A DNA stretch of 64,000 bases from an uncultured Nitrospiraceae bacterium (GTDB lineage: Bacteria > Nitrospirota > Nitrospiria > Nitrospirales > Nitrospiraceae). Where the stretch lies: contig CAVPLT010000006.1 of NCBI GenBank assembly GCA_963706325.1, forward strand, positions 1 to 64,000, in the 5' to 3' direction. This document shows, piece after piece, positions 1 to 11,219 of this stretch. The notes under the pieces are model-generated. The model searched no databases. It was not told the origin of the DNA and worked only from the letters and a program-made list of their open reading frames with translations. The translations under genes were made by a program, and so were the position numbers. Numbering within the stretch: the first letter of the stretch is position 1; every line of letters begins with the position of its first letter.

Positions 1-975
1 GCCTTGCAGAGCGTGCTCGTACTGCCGTGCGCGCGGGGGGCGTGCAGGCGATCGCCGACCGCGTGCTGATCCCGACGCAGCCGGCCGACCAGGCCAAGTC
101 GCTGGCGGAGGAGCGGCGGCAGGTGGGGCGCGCGGTGGGGGATCGGCTCAAGGCGTTCGACTACACGTCCTACGACAAGCACGCACACTGGTCGCGCTGA
201 TGGTGATGCCGGAGAAGGCGCCGAGGGGATCGTGGTCTGCCTGCACGGGCTGACCGAGCGGAAGGAGGCGATGTTGACGGTCGCCGAGTCGTTCGCCGAC
301 GCCGGGTATATCGGCGTTGCGCCGGACCTCGCGGGGGCACGGGCTGTCGGGCGGGCGGTACACGTCGATGGGGTTCCACGAGAAGCGGGACATGATGGCG
401 CTGCTGGACACGCTCGCGGGCATGGGGTGTGACGTGTCGCGGACGGGCGTGCTGGGCGGGAGCCTCGGGGCGGCGACGGCGCTGCAGTGGGCGGGGATCG
501 ACCCGCGGGTGAAGGCGGTGGTGGCGGTCGCGCCGTTCGCCGGACCTGCGGAGCGAGCTGGCGTTCATGTACCGCCAGCACGACGTCGGGCCGATCAAGC
601 AGGCGCTGCTGGAATCGGCGGCTGCAGGAGGTCGGGCGGTTCCGGATCGAAGACGTGTCGCCGATCGCGGCGGTGGGCGCGATGGACACGCCGATCCTCC
701 TCGCCCACGGCAAGCAGGACGACATCATCCCGGTGACCGAGTCGCGCCGGCTGTTCCTGGCGCCCGCGGGCCGGTCGTCTACCAGGAGGTCGCGGCCAAG
801 CACATGGACATCCGCGACAAGCTGGGGTCGGCGTTCCTCGACAAGGCCGTCGACTGGATGGACACGTACATCCTGCCGGCGTCCGGGGCGGCGGACCGAG
901 GCGACTGCCGGAGTGGGCGCGCCAGTGGCCCAGCCGGCACATCGCGGCCGACGTCGAGATCAGCGCGCGCGCTAA
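1..975 (+). CDS. Alpha/beta-hydrolase (5'-partial, several frameshifts)
   Basis: Fragments in different frames join as VCLHG..GYIGVAPDLxGHG, nucleophile elbow GGSLG, AVVAVAPF and PILLAHGKQDDIIP. Very GC-rich. Confidence 0.7.
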
Positions 976-1024
976 GACGCGTTCCGTTTAGCACCGCTCG
1001 CGGGCCGCGGTCTCCGATCGCCGG

Positions 1025-1315
1025 TCACCCGTGACGGTTCAGCACGATCGTCCCGCTCTTCCAATTCCCATCGACATTGCACGTCCACCGGCCGAGGATC
1101 TGTTGGCCGTTCGGCGAGACGGTCGCGTTGACGCTGCCGTAGAAGCCGTTGCCGGGGAGGATGACGCGGAAGCTGCGGTCGAGCGGTCGGCGGTGAGGAC
1201 GGCGGTGCTGAGGATCTTGTTCCAGGCGGACGCGGGGCCGAGGGCGAACTTGCCGGTGGCGCTGGGGCCGACCTGGCGGGTGAGCCGGACGGCGACCTCG
1301 ACGCGGGCGACGATC
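1025..1315 (-). CDS. 3' fragment of a beta-rich hypothetical protein, truncated at a junction
   Basis: Minus strand reads ..RVEVAVRLTRQVGPSATGKFALG..(frameshift)..SFRVILPGNGFYGSVNATVSPNGQQILGRWTCNVDGNWKSGTIVLNRHG* with strong GC3 bias; TGA at 1025-1027. Confidence 0.45.
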   Translation of the reverse strand, partial: DRRPRRGRRPAHPPGRPQRHRQVRPRPRVRLEQDPQHRRPHRRPLDRSFRVILPGNGFYGSVNATVSPNGQQILGRWTCNVDGNWKSGTIVLNRHG

Positions 1316-2149
1316 GCATACTGCAGGCGCTTGACGAGCCTGACGGCTTGTTCGTCAAGAATCTCGAGAACGTGCAGGGTGACGAGCGAGACACCATTCT
1401 GTTCTCCGTTGCATTCAGCGCCAACGACAAAGGCGTGATTCCGCTCAACTTCGGCCCACTGTCGAGGCCTGGTGGTGAGCGGCGGCTGAACGTGGCAGTG
1501 ACGCGTGCTCGGCGGGAAGTCGTGTTGTATGCGAGCTTCGATCCGTCAGAGTTGCGGGCGGAGGAGACGACTCAGGTCGGGACCAAACACCTGAAGGCTT
1601 ACCTTGAGATGGCCGCTCGCGGTGTAGAGAGCGTGACTGACGGAGGCCGGCGCCAGGCTGTCATCGACCGGCATCGTGACGACATTGCCGACGCCTTGCG
1701 CAGTGAGGGCTTGGAGGTGTCGACCGATGTCGGGCTGTCCGATTTCCGAGTCGACATCGTGATCGGGGATCCGGATGAACCGGACCAGCCGCTCGTTGCC
1801 GTCCTGCTCGATGGAACCGATTGGTATAAGCGGCGGACGGTCGCCGATCGTGACGGTCTTCCGGTTGATGTACTCGGGAATCTGATGCATTGGCCTGCGG
1901 TCGAACGAGTGTGGCTGCCGGAGTGGCTGAACCAGCGGTTACAGACCATCGCGCGGTTGCGGAAGGCCGTGGATGAGGCGAAACAACGTCCTGCGCAGCG
2001 GGAGGTCGATCCGGTTCCGGCGCGGCCGGCGCCGGAGCCTCGACCAGCGCCTGCCGCACCGAAGGACTTCGCTCCACTGAAGTCCGCGCCAACGCCTGCT
2101 CGCCCGGCGCGCCCGAAGCAGCACCCCATGCTCCAGACGTATCGCGAGT
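1300..2149 (+). CDS. Internal fragment of a large SF1 (AAA_12) helicase with a restriction-endonuclease-like domain (DUF4011/DUF3320-type)
   Basis: FVKNLENVQGDERDTILFS and GGERRLNVAVTRAR (helicase motifs V/VI), then DVGLSDFRVDI..VAVLLDG..DRD..WPAVERVW. N-terminus and true C-terminus are missing. Confidence 0.8.
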
Positions 2150-2242
2150 ACTTGCCACAAAGACGCTTGACGGAAATCGAGGGCGCGGACTATCCTCTCC
2201 TCCAAATCAAGTGATTCCCTCCTATAACTGAAGAGGCACGGC

Positions 2243-2482
2243 ATGACACAGCCCCCGCGTGGGACGCTTTCGCTTCTGCTCCTGTTCTCGCTGACCGCTT
2301 GCAGTACCAGCGAATGGGTCCATCCCAATAAACAGAAGGATCAATTCACGCTGGACTACAACAAGTGTCAGGCCGATGCCATGCGGGATCCCAAACTCCA
2401 ACAGGGCATTCAACTGCTCACCATCCAAGCAACCGAACGTTGTGTCCAAAAAATGGGCTGGCGGTTGGTGGAGAAGGAGTAA
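2243..2482 (+). CDS. Small hypothetical lipoprotein
   Basis: Signal peptide with lipobox LTAC, two further Cys, GAGG upstream. Confidence 0.65.
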   Translation: MTQPPRGTLSLLLLFSLTACSTSEWVHPNKQKDQFTLDYNKCQADAMRDPKLQQGIQLLTIQATERCVQKMGWRLVEKE

Positions 2483-2494
2483 GGAAGGAGGCTC

Positions 2495-4366
2495 TTACAA
2501 GAAGCGCAAACGAGTCATGAATTCATGCGGGACTGGTCCGGTATGTTCCACGCGCAGGGTCGTAATCGGCTCCTTAGAACCGTACCGTTTCGAAGCCCAT
2601 CCGCCCACCGGCCGCACGCTCCCCTCACAGAGCAGGGTCGTGCCCCCTTCAATGGTGAGCAGGAGCGGCCGATCCAATCCTTCCAGGCGATACCCTCCGT
2701 CAACGGGGATCGGTTGGCAGCCCAAATGCCAATTCAACTCCAGGTGATGAACACCGGTGCCCGTAAGCCAATCCCAGATCATCCAGGTGCCGGGTGGTTC
2801 ATACGACATGCCGCGTAAATGGGTCACGCCCAATCGGCCCTTGTAGCCATAATGTCTGGCAATGACCGTAATTTTTCCCTCCGGCGTCTCATCTTTGTAG
2901 ACCAGATGGGTTTCGAACGGCAGGGACCAGGCCATGGGGCCATCTTGTACGGCTTGATCGAACCCATCGATCGTGACCGTGTTGTGCGCGCGAGTTCCCC
3001 GAAAATAACTCCGCCACTGAGGATTGCCCGTATACGTATAGGCGCCTGGGTCAATCAGCACGTCCCGCGATCCCACCTGAAGCAAGATAGACAACGCATC
3101 GGCATGGCCATGCGCATAGTCTGGGGCCATGCCCAACGCCCCATGGTCGAAAATCGCCTGCTCCGAATCCTGGCCGCGAACAATCGAATAGCCGGAGAGA
3201 TGAAACGTCGTCAGCCCCGGTGAGCGCGGCTTGGCGGGTGTTGAAAAACGCAGATAGGGAGACAGGGCAGTTTCGTGTGCGCCATCGCCGATCGGCGGGA
3301 GCCTCCCATTCGCGCTGTTGCGGAACTCCTCCAGAAACTCGCGGCTGCGGTCGAAGACCTGGCGAATCTTCTCCGGAACAGGCTGTTGCCGATGATCGAG
3401 CAGCGCGAGCACCAGCCCATACAGGTCGGTACTGAACTGAAGGTATCCCAACCCCTGTTCCTGGCTGCCGCCATCATGGCTGATATGCCTCGGTGTGTTC
3501 TCTTCCAGCAAGTAATGCCCGAAGGCCAGCCATCGTTCCGCTTGTTGCATTTCAGGAAACAGGCTACCGGCATAAATCAAGGCCGTGGCCGCCGCGAGCG
3601 TGTCATGCGGCGTAGCCAGGCGGAGTGACAGACGTTTGCGGATCAATTCCGCGTGGCCGGATATCAACGTGAGGACAGCCGGCCACGCTCGCTCAGGTGC
3701 CGGTAACCAGGGGCGAATCAAATCCATGGCGTAACAGACGGCCAGAAGACGAAGCGCGCATTCCGTCGGAGAAATGTAATGGATGCCCGTCAAAAATGGA
3801 TTGGCGTCGACCCAGGAGAGAAGCTGCGCTTCACAGACTGCAGCGGCGCGCTCGCGTAGCGCCGACTCGGCCTGTTGCGCCAAGAGGGCTAGCAGTACCA
3901 AGTGCTGAAGACGCGAGGGCTCCCACGTCATCCGGATATCTCCGGAGGGATTGCTCGCCCGTACGGGAATGTCGACGAAGAACCGACGTGGCCACGCCTC
4001 ACCCGTATCGGGCGACCGATGCCAGCAGGATCCGTCCTGACTCCATTGCCAGGGATAACCGAACACGGTCAGGGATCCCTTCAGCAACGCTTCCAGTTGT
4101 CCGTCGTCAGGAGGGATCTGCCAGGCCAACGCGGGCAGCAGCGGGGACCGACTCGTGCAGAAGGCATAACGCGATAGCTCCTGCGCCGTAAACTGGCGGT
4201 CGAGTGAGCCTCGCCTGAATCGCTGTTGCAGATGGAGCAGCGAAAACAGACCTCGTTCCCGAGCCTGACGCCACCATTCCACGCGACTGGGCGCCACAAG
4301 GGCTTTCACCGAGGAGGCGAGGCGTTGCGGCAGAACATTGGGATTGAAAGACAGTGTTACGCGCAC
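2495..4366 (-). CDS. Heparinase II/III-family (lyase-like) protein; start uncertain
   Basis: DIRMTWEPSRLQHL, HGHADALS, LIDPGAYTY, RGTRAHNTVTIDG motifs. Confidence 0.85.
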   Translation of the reverse strand: MRVTLSFNPNVLPQRLASSVKALVAPSRVEWWRQARERGLFSLLHLQQRFRRGSLDRQFTAQELSRYAFCTSRSPLLPALAWQIPPDDGQLEALLKGSLTVFGYPWQWSQDGSCWHRSPDTGEAWPRRFFVDIPVRASNPSGDIRMTWEPSRLQHLVLLALLAQQAESALRERAAAVCEAQLLSWVDANPFLTGIHYISPTECALRLLAVCYAMDLIRPWLPAPERAWPAVLTLISGHAELIRKRLSLRLATPHDTLAAATALIYAGSLFPEMQQAERWLAFGHYLLEENTPRHISHDGGSQEQGLGYLQFSTDLYGLVLALLDHRQQPVPEKIRQVFDRSREFLEEFRNSANGRLPPIGDGAHETALSPYLRFSTPAKPRSPGLTTFHLSGYSIVRGQDSEQAIFDHGALGMAPDYAHGHADALSILLQVGSRDVLIDPGAYTYTGNPQWRSYFRGTRAHNTVTIDGFDQAVQDGPMAWSLPFETHLVYKDETPEGKITVIARHYGYKGRLGVTHLRGMSYEPPGTWMIWDWLTGTGVHHLELNWHLGCQPIPVDGGYRLEGLDRPLLLTIEGGTTLLCEGSVRPVGGWASKRYGSKEPITTLRVEHTGPVPHEFMTRLRFL

Positions 4367-4553
4367 TGGAATGCCATGAGGAAATCGTCTGGTTAAAAGA
4401 GGTGAACAAGCGTCCGTCCGCTCGGCCACGAAAGATGGCCAGCGTCGTTGATAGGCACAGTACAATCGTCGAGCGCTGAGGTCAATGCCGCAAAACCACG
4501 TAACTACGCAAGTTGGGGCCATACATCCGGCGTGCGTAATAGGTAATCCAGAC

Positions 4554-4570
4554 TGTGTCACGATAAGACA
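4554..4570. promoter_or_regulatory. Dyad TGTGTCA-cga-TAAGACA (putative transcription-factor site)
   Basis: Imperfect palindrome flanked by AC..GT in a divergent intergenic region; resembles the sites at 17127 and 17159. Confidence 0.4.
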
Positions 4571-4934
4571 GTTGGTGAAGGGATTTCCAATCAGTGGCAG
4601 AAGGCCCTAACACTAAGTAGTGAAATTGTGGTAAGGACCACACGTCCTCCAACGAAGGCGACGGTGCATGGCGTATTGAGCCGTCTCCTGTCCCCGTCCG
4701 AATCGCAGAGGGAGTACATCGACACAGTGATAAAAGCATTGATCAGCGGCGGCCACCGTCAAAACAGGTCCTACTCTCGCGGAACTCCTGTTGAAGGGAT
4801 ATAAGGTCCACGGCATCATCCGGCGCTACGTGTTGAGAAGTAACGGATGAATGGCGGCAGTGCCCGATGCAACTTTGAATACTGGCTCTAAAAGCGAACC
4901 TCTCGCATCAAACAAGGTGAAGGACAGAAACCTT

Positions 4935-7163
4935 ATGAGCTTTCCGAAGATACAAGTGGCTTCACTATTTGCTTTGTGTATGATTGCATTGACAACGATG
5001 CATGAAATTTTTGCCGCAACACCCAAAAGCAACATTCAGATTCTGAGCTTAACGCCTGCCCCGAACTATCCCCGAACAACTGACGCGCTGGATATTCAAC
5101 AGCTCACGGACGGCGTTCTGGAAGCCTTTCCCATGTGGAGCAGGAAAGGTGCGGTTGGTTGGGCAAGAACGACCCCTGTCGTCATCAAATTAAGAGTCAC
5201 CAATCCTGGGACCGGCCAAGATCTGATTTCCGGCCGTTTACGTCTCCATACAGCTAAGCAGGTAGTATCCGGCGTCACTCCTCCGAAGCGTATCGACATT
5301 TATGCGGAGACCCCCTTGGGCGGATATAGCCGCATCACAGGAACCCAAATACAGACCGCCTCACTTTCCGATAAAACGAGTCATTGGATTGAACTAGCAG
5401 TAAATGGTACAGGACCAGTTCTGCTCGTTGTCCTCCATGCCGATAGCGATTATGTCTTTTTGGATGAGATTCGGTGGGCCTATACAAGTAACACCCAGCC
5501 CGCTAAGCCTAGCACCGTCATCGTTAAACCAGAGAATGTAGTCGCCGATAGCCTGAACAATCTAAAGCAATCGTTTCTATCCACTGTAGCGCCAGCCCCA
5601 AAACCTTCTGGTAATTTGGGAGAGGGAGCGCCTGCAGATCCAATCATGTTATGGGGACAAGCTCCATGGGATCAATTTGATCCATACCCGAACAGACAGG
5701 AGATACTATCTCGAAAGGGCCAGCCGATCCTGCTTTTTGGAACGAAGGATGAGTTGGAATCAGGCTGCGTGGGAATCCTTAATACATCCCCTAATCCTAA
5801 GAATATCATCTTGAAGATAGAGCAGAAGAGTAATAATCAAAATGGCATCCAACTGCGGGCCGTCAAGCAAGTCTTAGCCGCCAATGGCAACTTGGTTCCC
5901 GACGCCTTAGCCCCAATAAGCAGTGGCGATAGCGTTCTTCTATCGCCAGGGATTGTCTCTTACTTCTGGATAACTGCTGACCTGAGCAAATACTGTTGTG
6001 GTAAGACGGAACTCGTTGTGCAGGTTACGGATGTGAAAACAGATGTGGAGTTTCAACTGCCAATTCAAATAGCGGTGGCTGACTATGCAGTAGCGGGAAG
6101 ACAGGTGCGCGCGGTGAATTGGGGATACAGCACCGACAAACCTATTTGGTCGAACCCCCCGGCCGTGGTAAATGACCTCGTTACGCATGGCGTAAATGTG
6201 TTTGTCATTCCTCCCTGGATTGTTCCGCAGCCCACCTTGAATGGCGCATGGGACATGTATGGTATTCGGCGATTTGAGGAGACTGTGACGTTGTTCCGCA
6301 ATCGAGGAACGTTGCTGTTATATATGGGGTGGAATATTAGCAACGATCCTTCGAATGCAAAACTCGCCTGGGTGTATGCAAATTCACACGAAGATGACGT
6401 GGCTCGCAAGAACGCTATGCGGATGTGGCTCACCACTCTGGTGTCTGAGCTTCAAAGGCTCGGCTTCAGCAAGAACGATTGGGCTCTTTACCCAGTCGAT
6501 GAAGCACGGGGCGAGGATCTGTCTCGACTTGAACGAATCGCTGCTATGGTCAAGGGGATAGATCCAAGTATACGGATCTATGCCAATCCTGGCAGTACAT
6601 CTGACTATCCGATCACTAGGGATCACCTCGAGTCCTTGAAACCTTTCGTTGATATTTGGCAACCGGACTTATTGTTTGCCGCTTCCACTGGGAAGGACTT
6701 CTTTCAGAATCTCCGTACCCCGTGGTGGGTTTATAGTAACGCCTCTACTCCAGCAAAGGCTGCATCACCGCTCAATCATTATCGCGCGATGTCATGGAAG
6801 GCCTGGACCCTGGGCGCAGAAGGCGTGGGATTCTGGTCCTATAGCGACACCGCCGGCACCTCTGCCTGGGATGATCTGGACGGCACCAGACCGGATTGGG
6901 CTGTGGTTTATGAGGGTGCTATCCCCACCAGTAGCCGACGTTGGGAGGCATTTCGAGAAGGATTGGAAGACCATCGTCTTTTGCAATCAGCGGTGACCGA
7001 CAATCCGCGTTTGGCGCCATCAGACAAGAAAGCCTGGAAAACGCAGATTCAAAACTTGACGTCCGCTTCACTCACCACCGCCAGGTTACAGCAAGTGCGC
7101 CTTCAACTTTTAAGGCAGATACAGACTAATTTCGCGCCGGATATACAATTAGACACTCCATAA
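4935..7163 (+). CDS. Secreted DUF4091-domain, glycoside-hydrolase-like protein (GH123-like)
   Basis: Signal peptide; PNYP..LTDG N-terminal module; YPVDE; DIWQP; C-terminal SSRRWEAFREGLEDHRLL typical of DUF4091. Confidence 0.7.
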   Translation: MSFPKIQVASLFALCMIALTTMHEIFAATPKSNIQILSLTPAPNYPRTTDALDIQQLTDGVLEAFPMWSRKGAVGWARTTPVVIKLRVTNPGTGQDLISGRLRLHTAKQVVSGVTPPKRIDIYAETPLGGYSRITGTQIQTASLSDKTSHWIELAVNGTGPVLLVVLHADSDYVFLDEIRWAYTSNTQPAKPSTVIVKPENVVADSLNNLKQSFLSTVAPAPKPSGNLGEGAPADPIMLWGQAPWDQFDPYPNRQEILSRKGQPILLFGTKDELESGCVGILNTSPNPKNIILKIEQKSNNQNGIQLRAVKQVLAANGNLVPDALAPISSGDSVLLSPGIVSYFWITADLSKYCCGKTELVVQVTDVKTDVEFQLPIQIAVADYAVAGRQVRAVNWGYSTDKPIWSNPPAVVNDLVTHGVNVFVIPPWIVPQPTLNGAWDMYGIRRFEETVTLFRNRGTLLLYMGWNISNDPSNAKLAWVYANSHEDDVARKNAMRMWLTTLVSELQRLGFSKNDWALYPVDEARGEDLSRLERIAAMVKGIDPSIRIYANPGSTSDYPITRDHLESLKPFVDIWQPDLLFAASTGKDFFQNLRTPWWVYSNASTPAKAASPLNHYRAMSWKAWTLGAEGVGFWSYSDTAGTSAWDDLDGTRPDWAVVYEGAIPTSSRRWEAFREGLEDHRLLQSAVTDNPRLAPSDKKAWKTQIQNLTSASLTTARLQQVRLQLLRQIQTNFAPDIQLDTP

Positions 7164-7436
7164 GCCAGGAATGCTCGCTTTCGACGCTCACTCTCAGAGC
7201 TGGCACATGAAGCCGATCCTTCATTAGATGATCTCAACCAGGTGTGGATACGCCTACCGGAACGTCGTCTGCAACGTTACGGTTCAGTGAATAATTTTCT
7301 CGCCTATGAGCTTCCCTGCCTAGGTGTAATTTACTCTCAATGAACCCTCGTGAAAGAACATGCTGACGCGACCACAACATAAGGTTACAAGGCATTTTCA
7401 CAGCAATGGGAACGATGTTTCTCCGTTTGGCAACGA

Positions 7437-8752
7437 ATGATGGCGACATTTCATCTACAGGGGCCCCTCGTAAAAAATATTCAATCTTATGCACAACGCC
7501 TTCGGTCGTCTGCACCGGGCGATGTAGGCCTTTTGACGTTATGCAATGTGTTGAATAATGCGGTCACCTTCATAACCAGCGCCGCCATAGCTGCTTGGTC
7601 AGCGCAGAAGAGTTCGGCGTATTCTCTGTCGCGGTAAATGTGACGATGATGGTGTATACCGTCACTGAAGCGGGGTTGAGTCTTTCACTCGTCAGGCATT
7701 ATAGCCATGAGAAGAACGGGGGAATACGGCAGGACATACTGCGAGCAGGAGCACTATTGCGCCTCGCGATTGCGTTCGCCTTGCTGATGATCGCGATTCC
7801 TCTTGGTTTCGCCTTGTCCCTTCTCCTGTCACCAGATCATCCTATCAGCAAAGAGCTTACGATTAGTGTGATGGCGGCTGGAGCCCTCGGGCTCTGGGCT
7901 TCAGCAAGGTCTACCCAACAAGCGACACAAAATTATAAGTATTATGCCAAATTAACACTCCAGTATGGTCTGACTCGATTGGTTGTTGTTGGACTATTCT
8001 ATGCAGCCGGTATTCGCGAGGCGGTCTTATATCTCGCGGCGCTTTATCTGGTAAGCCCGCTCATCACCGCTGCCGGCTTTTATCGTAGGTTCAACCGTCG
8101 GTTTCATCTGAACATGAGCGCACTCCGGCTACCTCAAATAAAGAGCTTGTTCTCCTATGGGAAGTGGGTACTGGCCTCTACCTTTCTCAGTCCGCTCTGT
8201 TATACGCTCCCTCTGTTTCTTCTCATTAGTCTGCGTGGACCCGAAGATGCCGCCCCATATGGAGTGGGACTCATGTTTAGCGCCATCGTCGGACCATTAG
8301 CCGATGCCTTGGGAATATATATCGTGCCAAAGGTCACCGCCTTCTCCAATCCTCTAGAAGTGCGGACGTACATCGGTCGCACGCTTAGGTTCTTTGGCCC
8401 ATTTCTGGCCGGAGTAGCCGTCACGATCGCCATCTGTTCAGTGGCCTATTCGATCTTGTTCGCTCACAAGTACCCGGAGGGAATGCTGGTGGCTCAATTA
8501 CTCCTGGGGGCGAATCTCCTGGCCGGTTATGGAGGCTTTGTCAATTGCGTGACACATTACTTCGGGACTCCTCACCTAAACATGCTAGCCAATCTCGTCA
8601 AGGTGGTCCTTTGCGGAGGAGCAGCATGGCTTCTGATTCCAGAATATGGCGCACAGGGTGCGGCGGTAGCCGCAGCTGGTGCCGCTGTTATCGGCGAGAT
8701 CGGCCTGTTTGCCACCGTGCAGTGTCGACTGTATAGAACCTTGTCTACCTGA
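7437..8752 (+). CDS. wzx: Oligosaccharide flippase (Wzx), frameshift near 7595
   Basis: Many hydrophobic helices; SAEEFGVFS; LLIPEYGAQGAAVA; ORFs 7437-7637 and 7595-8752 join. Confidence 0.8.
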
Positions 8753-8759
8753 ACGTTTA

Positions 8760-10067
8760 ATGCTGGCTATTATTCTCTACGTCGGGTTTTTCTTCGGGGT
8801 AGCCATGTTTGCTCCGGTGCATGCCGCTGGAATGTGGCTGATTATCATGATTATTCATGGGCTACTTGTAGAGGTGCTCGGCGAAACAGCTGCACATCTT
8901 CCCCTCTACGTTGGTGTCACGGTTTCGCTCTGTATCTTGTTCAGGGGACGGTGGTCGGGCGTACGACCAAGTGTTCTCCTGCTTTTCGGAGCACTCGTCT
9001 TCGTCATGGGACTCGCCTCTATCGGCGGGATAGATGTGGGGGGATCTGTGTCCTCGATGGTGCTTTATGCGAAGGCCTTTCTACTCGCCTTATTGCTGGC
9101 AGGCTGCATAAAGAATGAGCAGGAGATGAAGGTGATTATGCTTTATTGTCTGGCGGGTATGGTGATCGGCGCTCTTATCGCCCTGTACCAGCATTTCACG
9201 GGAACTTACTCTGTGAGTGTCTATGACGTTCAACGCGCTGGCGGGTTACGTGGCGATCCCAACGATACAGCAATGTTATTGATTGCAGGCGTGCCCCTTG
9301 CCGTATACTGGCTGTTACAGTCCAGATTGTTCGTCTTCAAAGCCTTGTTCGCTGGTGCGGTGGTCTTGCTCGTGCTCGGCATAGTGCTCACGGGATCGCG
9401 TGGAGGATTTGTGACTCTGCTGTTTATCTCCCTGCTGATCTATGTGAAGAAGCCCACAGTTCTCGCAACAATTGCGGGTATCGTTCTCGTCTCAACTCTC
9501 ATAGCTTTTGCGCCTCAATCATACTGGACCCGTATGGAAACGCTGTTAAGCGGTCAGGAATTGAAGGGGAGCGGCTCTTTGCAGCATCGGGGGGAACTCC
9601 AACGCAGGGGGCTCGCGATTTTTCTCGCACACCCTCTATTGGGTGTCGGTCCCGATAATTTCGGGGAAGCCTTTCAAGGGACCAGTCACCGGGGAAAGGT
9701 TTCAGGCGTCGCGCCGGGTGGCAAGAGCGAGAAGGAACACGGGTTGGTAGCCCACAACATGTACCTTGAATTCTTTGTAGAAAACGGCATGCTCGGCGGG
9801 CTATTGCTCCTTACGATCTTTTATAAGGCCCTGCGGAATCTCATGAAGTACGACCGGAAAGAAAATCACGAAGCCGGATACTTCGGGATTGGAAACGCTC
9901 TTGCCCTAACCCTGTTCGGAATGTTGTTCTCAGGTCTATTTTTATCACAGGGCAAGAATTCGGTCCTGTGGTTTCTTATAGGTCTTGGGTTTGCCACGGC
10001 ACAAATGGCGGGGCGCAGTTCTCTAGATACTATCGAGAGTACCCAGCCTGAAGTGACCCTCGCCTGA
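8760..10067 (+). CDS. O-antigen ligase/Wzy polymerase family membrane protein
   Basis: GDPND, LTGSRGG, HPLLGVG, AHNMYLEFFVENG motifs. Confidence 0.85.
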   Translation: MLAIILYVGFFFGVAMFAPVHAAGMWLIIMIIHGLLVEVLGETAAHLPLYVGVTVSLCILFRGRWSGVRPSVLLLFGALVFVMGLASIGGIDVGGSVSSMVLYAKAFLLALLLAGCIKNEQEMKVIMLYCLAGMVIGALIALYQHFTGTYSVSVYDVQRAGGLRGDPNDTAMLLIAGVPLAVYWLLQSRLFVFKALFAGAVVLLVLGIVLTGSRGGFVTLLFISLLIYVKKPTVLATIAGIVLVSTLIAFAPQSYWTRMETLLSGQELKGSGSLQHRGELQRRGLAIFLAHPLLGVGPDNFGEAFQGTSHRGKVSGVAPGGKSEKEHGLVAHNMYLEFFVENGMLGGLLLLTIFYKALRNLMKYDRKENHEAGYFGIGNALALTLFGMLFSGLFLSQGKNSVLWFLIGLGFATAQMAGRSSLDTIESTQPEVTLA

Positions 10068-10071
10068 GCCA

Positions 10072-11202
10072 ATGCATAGCATGAGCCAAGAGACCATTCT
10101 GCATCTCACAGGAATGCACAGCCAGAAATATGGCGGCGTTGAACGCTACTTGATCGAGTTGGCGAAATCCTCTATCCGCCGTGGATATCGGACCGTCATC
10201 CAATATGAATCGCGACCTCACAGTGAAGCCTACATGCAGGAGTTGGAGCGCGCCGGCTGTGAAATGCTTATCCTGCGCCTCGGGTCAAACGGGTTGAGAT
10301 CAGCCCTTAAGCTCAATCAGGTGCTTCGTATAATGAAGCCTGCCATCGTCCTAACGCATTTCGTGAGGGGATATATTCAACTCATGTTACCGTTCATGAG
10401 GCGAAGGCACGGGATTAGAAAACTTCTTGCGATGGTGCACAGCGTCCAAGATCATAAAAGATCCTGGAGACGTATTGCCTTCAACCGGTACGACTATGTC
10501 ATCGGTGTTTCGAAAGGCGTCGCTGACAGCCTCATCGCCATAGGAACGCGACAAGAGATCGTCAGAACTCACTACCTGGGGCTATTCAAAGAGGGAACTC
10601 GCTCGGAAGGGGAGGGTGGACGGTTCAGGAACGAACTCGGGATACCCGCAGACGCGATCGTCATTGGGTGCATTGCCTTTGATTCAAAGGTGAAAGGAGT
10701 CGACATTCTGCTGGAAGCACTTGCCAAGATTACTCATCATTGTCCAGCGATCCATCTTCTTATCATCGGCATTGACCCTGGTTGTTCGACCCTCCCTGGC
10801 GAAGCAGGACGGCTTGGCATCGAGGCACATACTCACTGGGCTGGATTGAGAGACGAAGGCTGGCGACTTTTAAACGCTGCGGATCTGTATGCTCAACCTT
10901 CCCGTTCCGAGGCAATGTCTTTTGCCGTTATGGAGGCAATGGAACTTGGATTACCTGTCATAGCAACAGATGTGGGCGGTCTCCCCGAGATCGTAGCTGA
11001 CGGAGAGACTGGATACTTGGCCAAACCAGATTCTGCTCATTTCGCTGAGGTTATCAAGAAGGCGATTGATATGAGGCAAAGTTGGGCAACCACGGGAGCG
11101 GCTGGACAAGCCAGGTATCGAAGATTGTTTAAAGGGGAGCCCTCTGTGGAATCGTTTATTGATACTTACTTCTGCCCTGAGAAGCCTTCACCCCAGAAAT
11201 AA
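10072..11202 (+). CDS. Glycosyltransferase family 4
   Basis: GGVERY; PSRSEAMSFAVMEAM; VIATDVGG. Confidence 0.9.
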   Translation: MHSMSQETILHLTGMHSQKYGGVERYLIELAKSSIRRGYRTVIQYESRPHSEAYMQELERAGCEMLILRLGSNGLRSALKLNQVLRIMKPAIVLTHFVRGYIQLMLPFMRRRHGIRKLLAMVHSVQDHKRSWRRIAFNRYDYVIGVSKGVADSLIAIGTRQEIVRTHYLGLFKEGTRSEGEGGRFRNELGIPADAIVIGCIAFDSKVKGVDILLEALAKITHHCPAIHLLIIGIDPGCSTLPGEAGRLGIEAHTHWAGLRDEGWRLLNAADLYAQPSRSEAMSFAVMEAMELGLPVIATDVGGLPEIVADGETGYLAKPDSAHFAEVIKKAIDMRQSWATTGAAGQARYRRLFKGEPSVESFIDTYFCPEKPSPQK

Positions 11203-11219
11203 AGAAACGACGGAAGCGA

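Noticed and set aside
1348..2214. Helicase-nuclease ORF as an intact defence gene
   Set aside because: Internal fragment bounded by apparent chimeric junctions.
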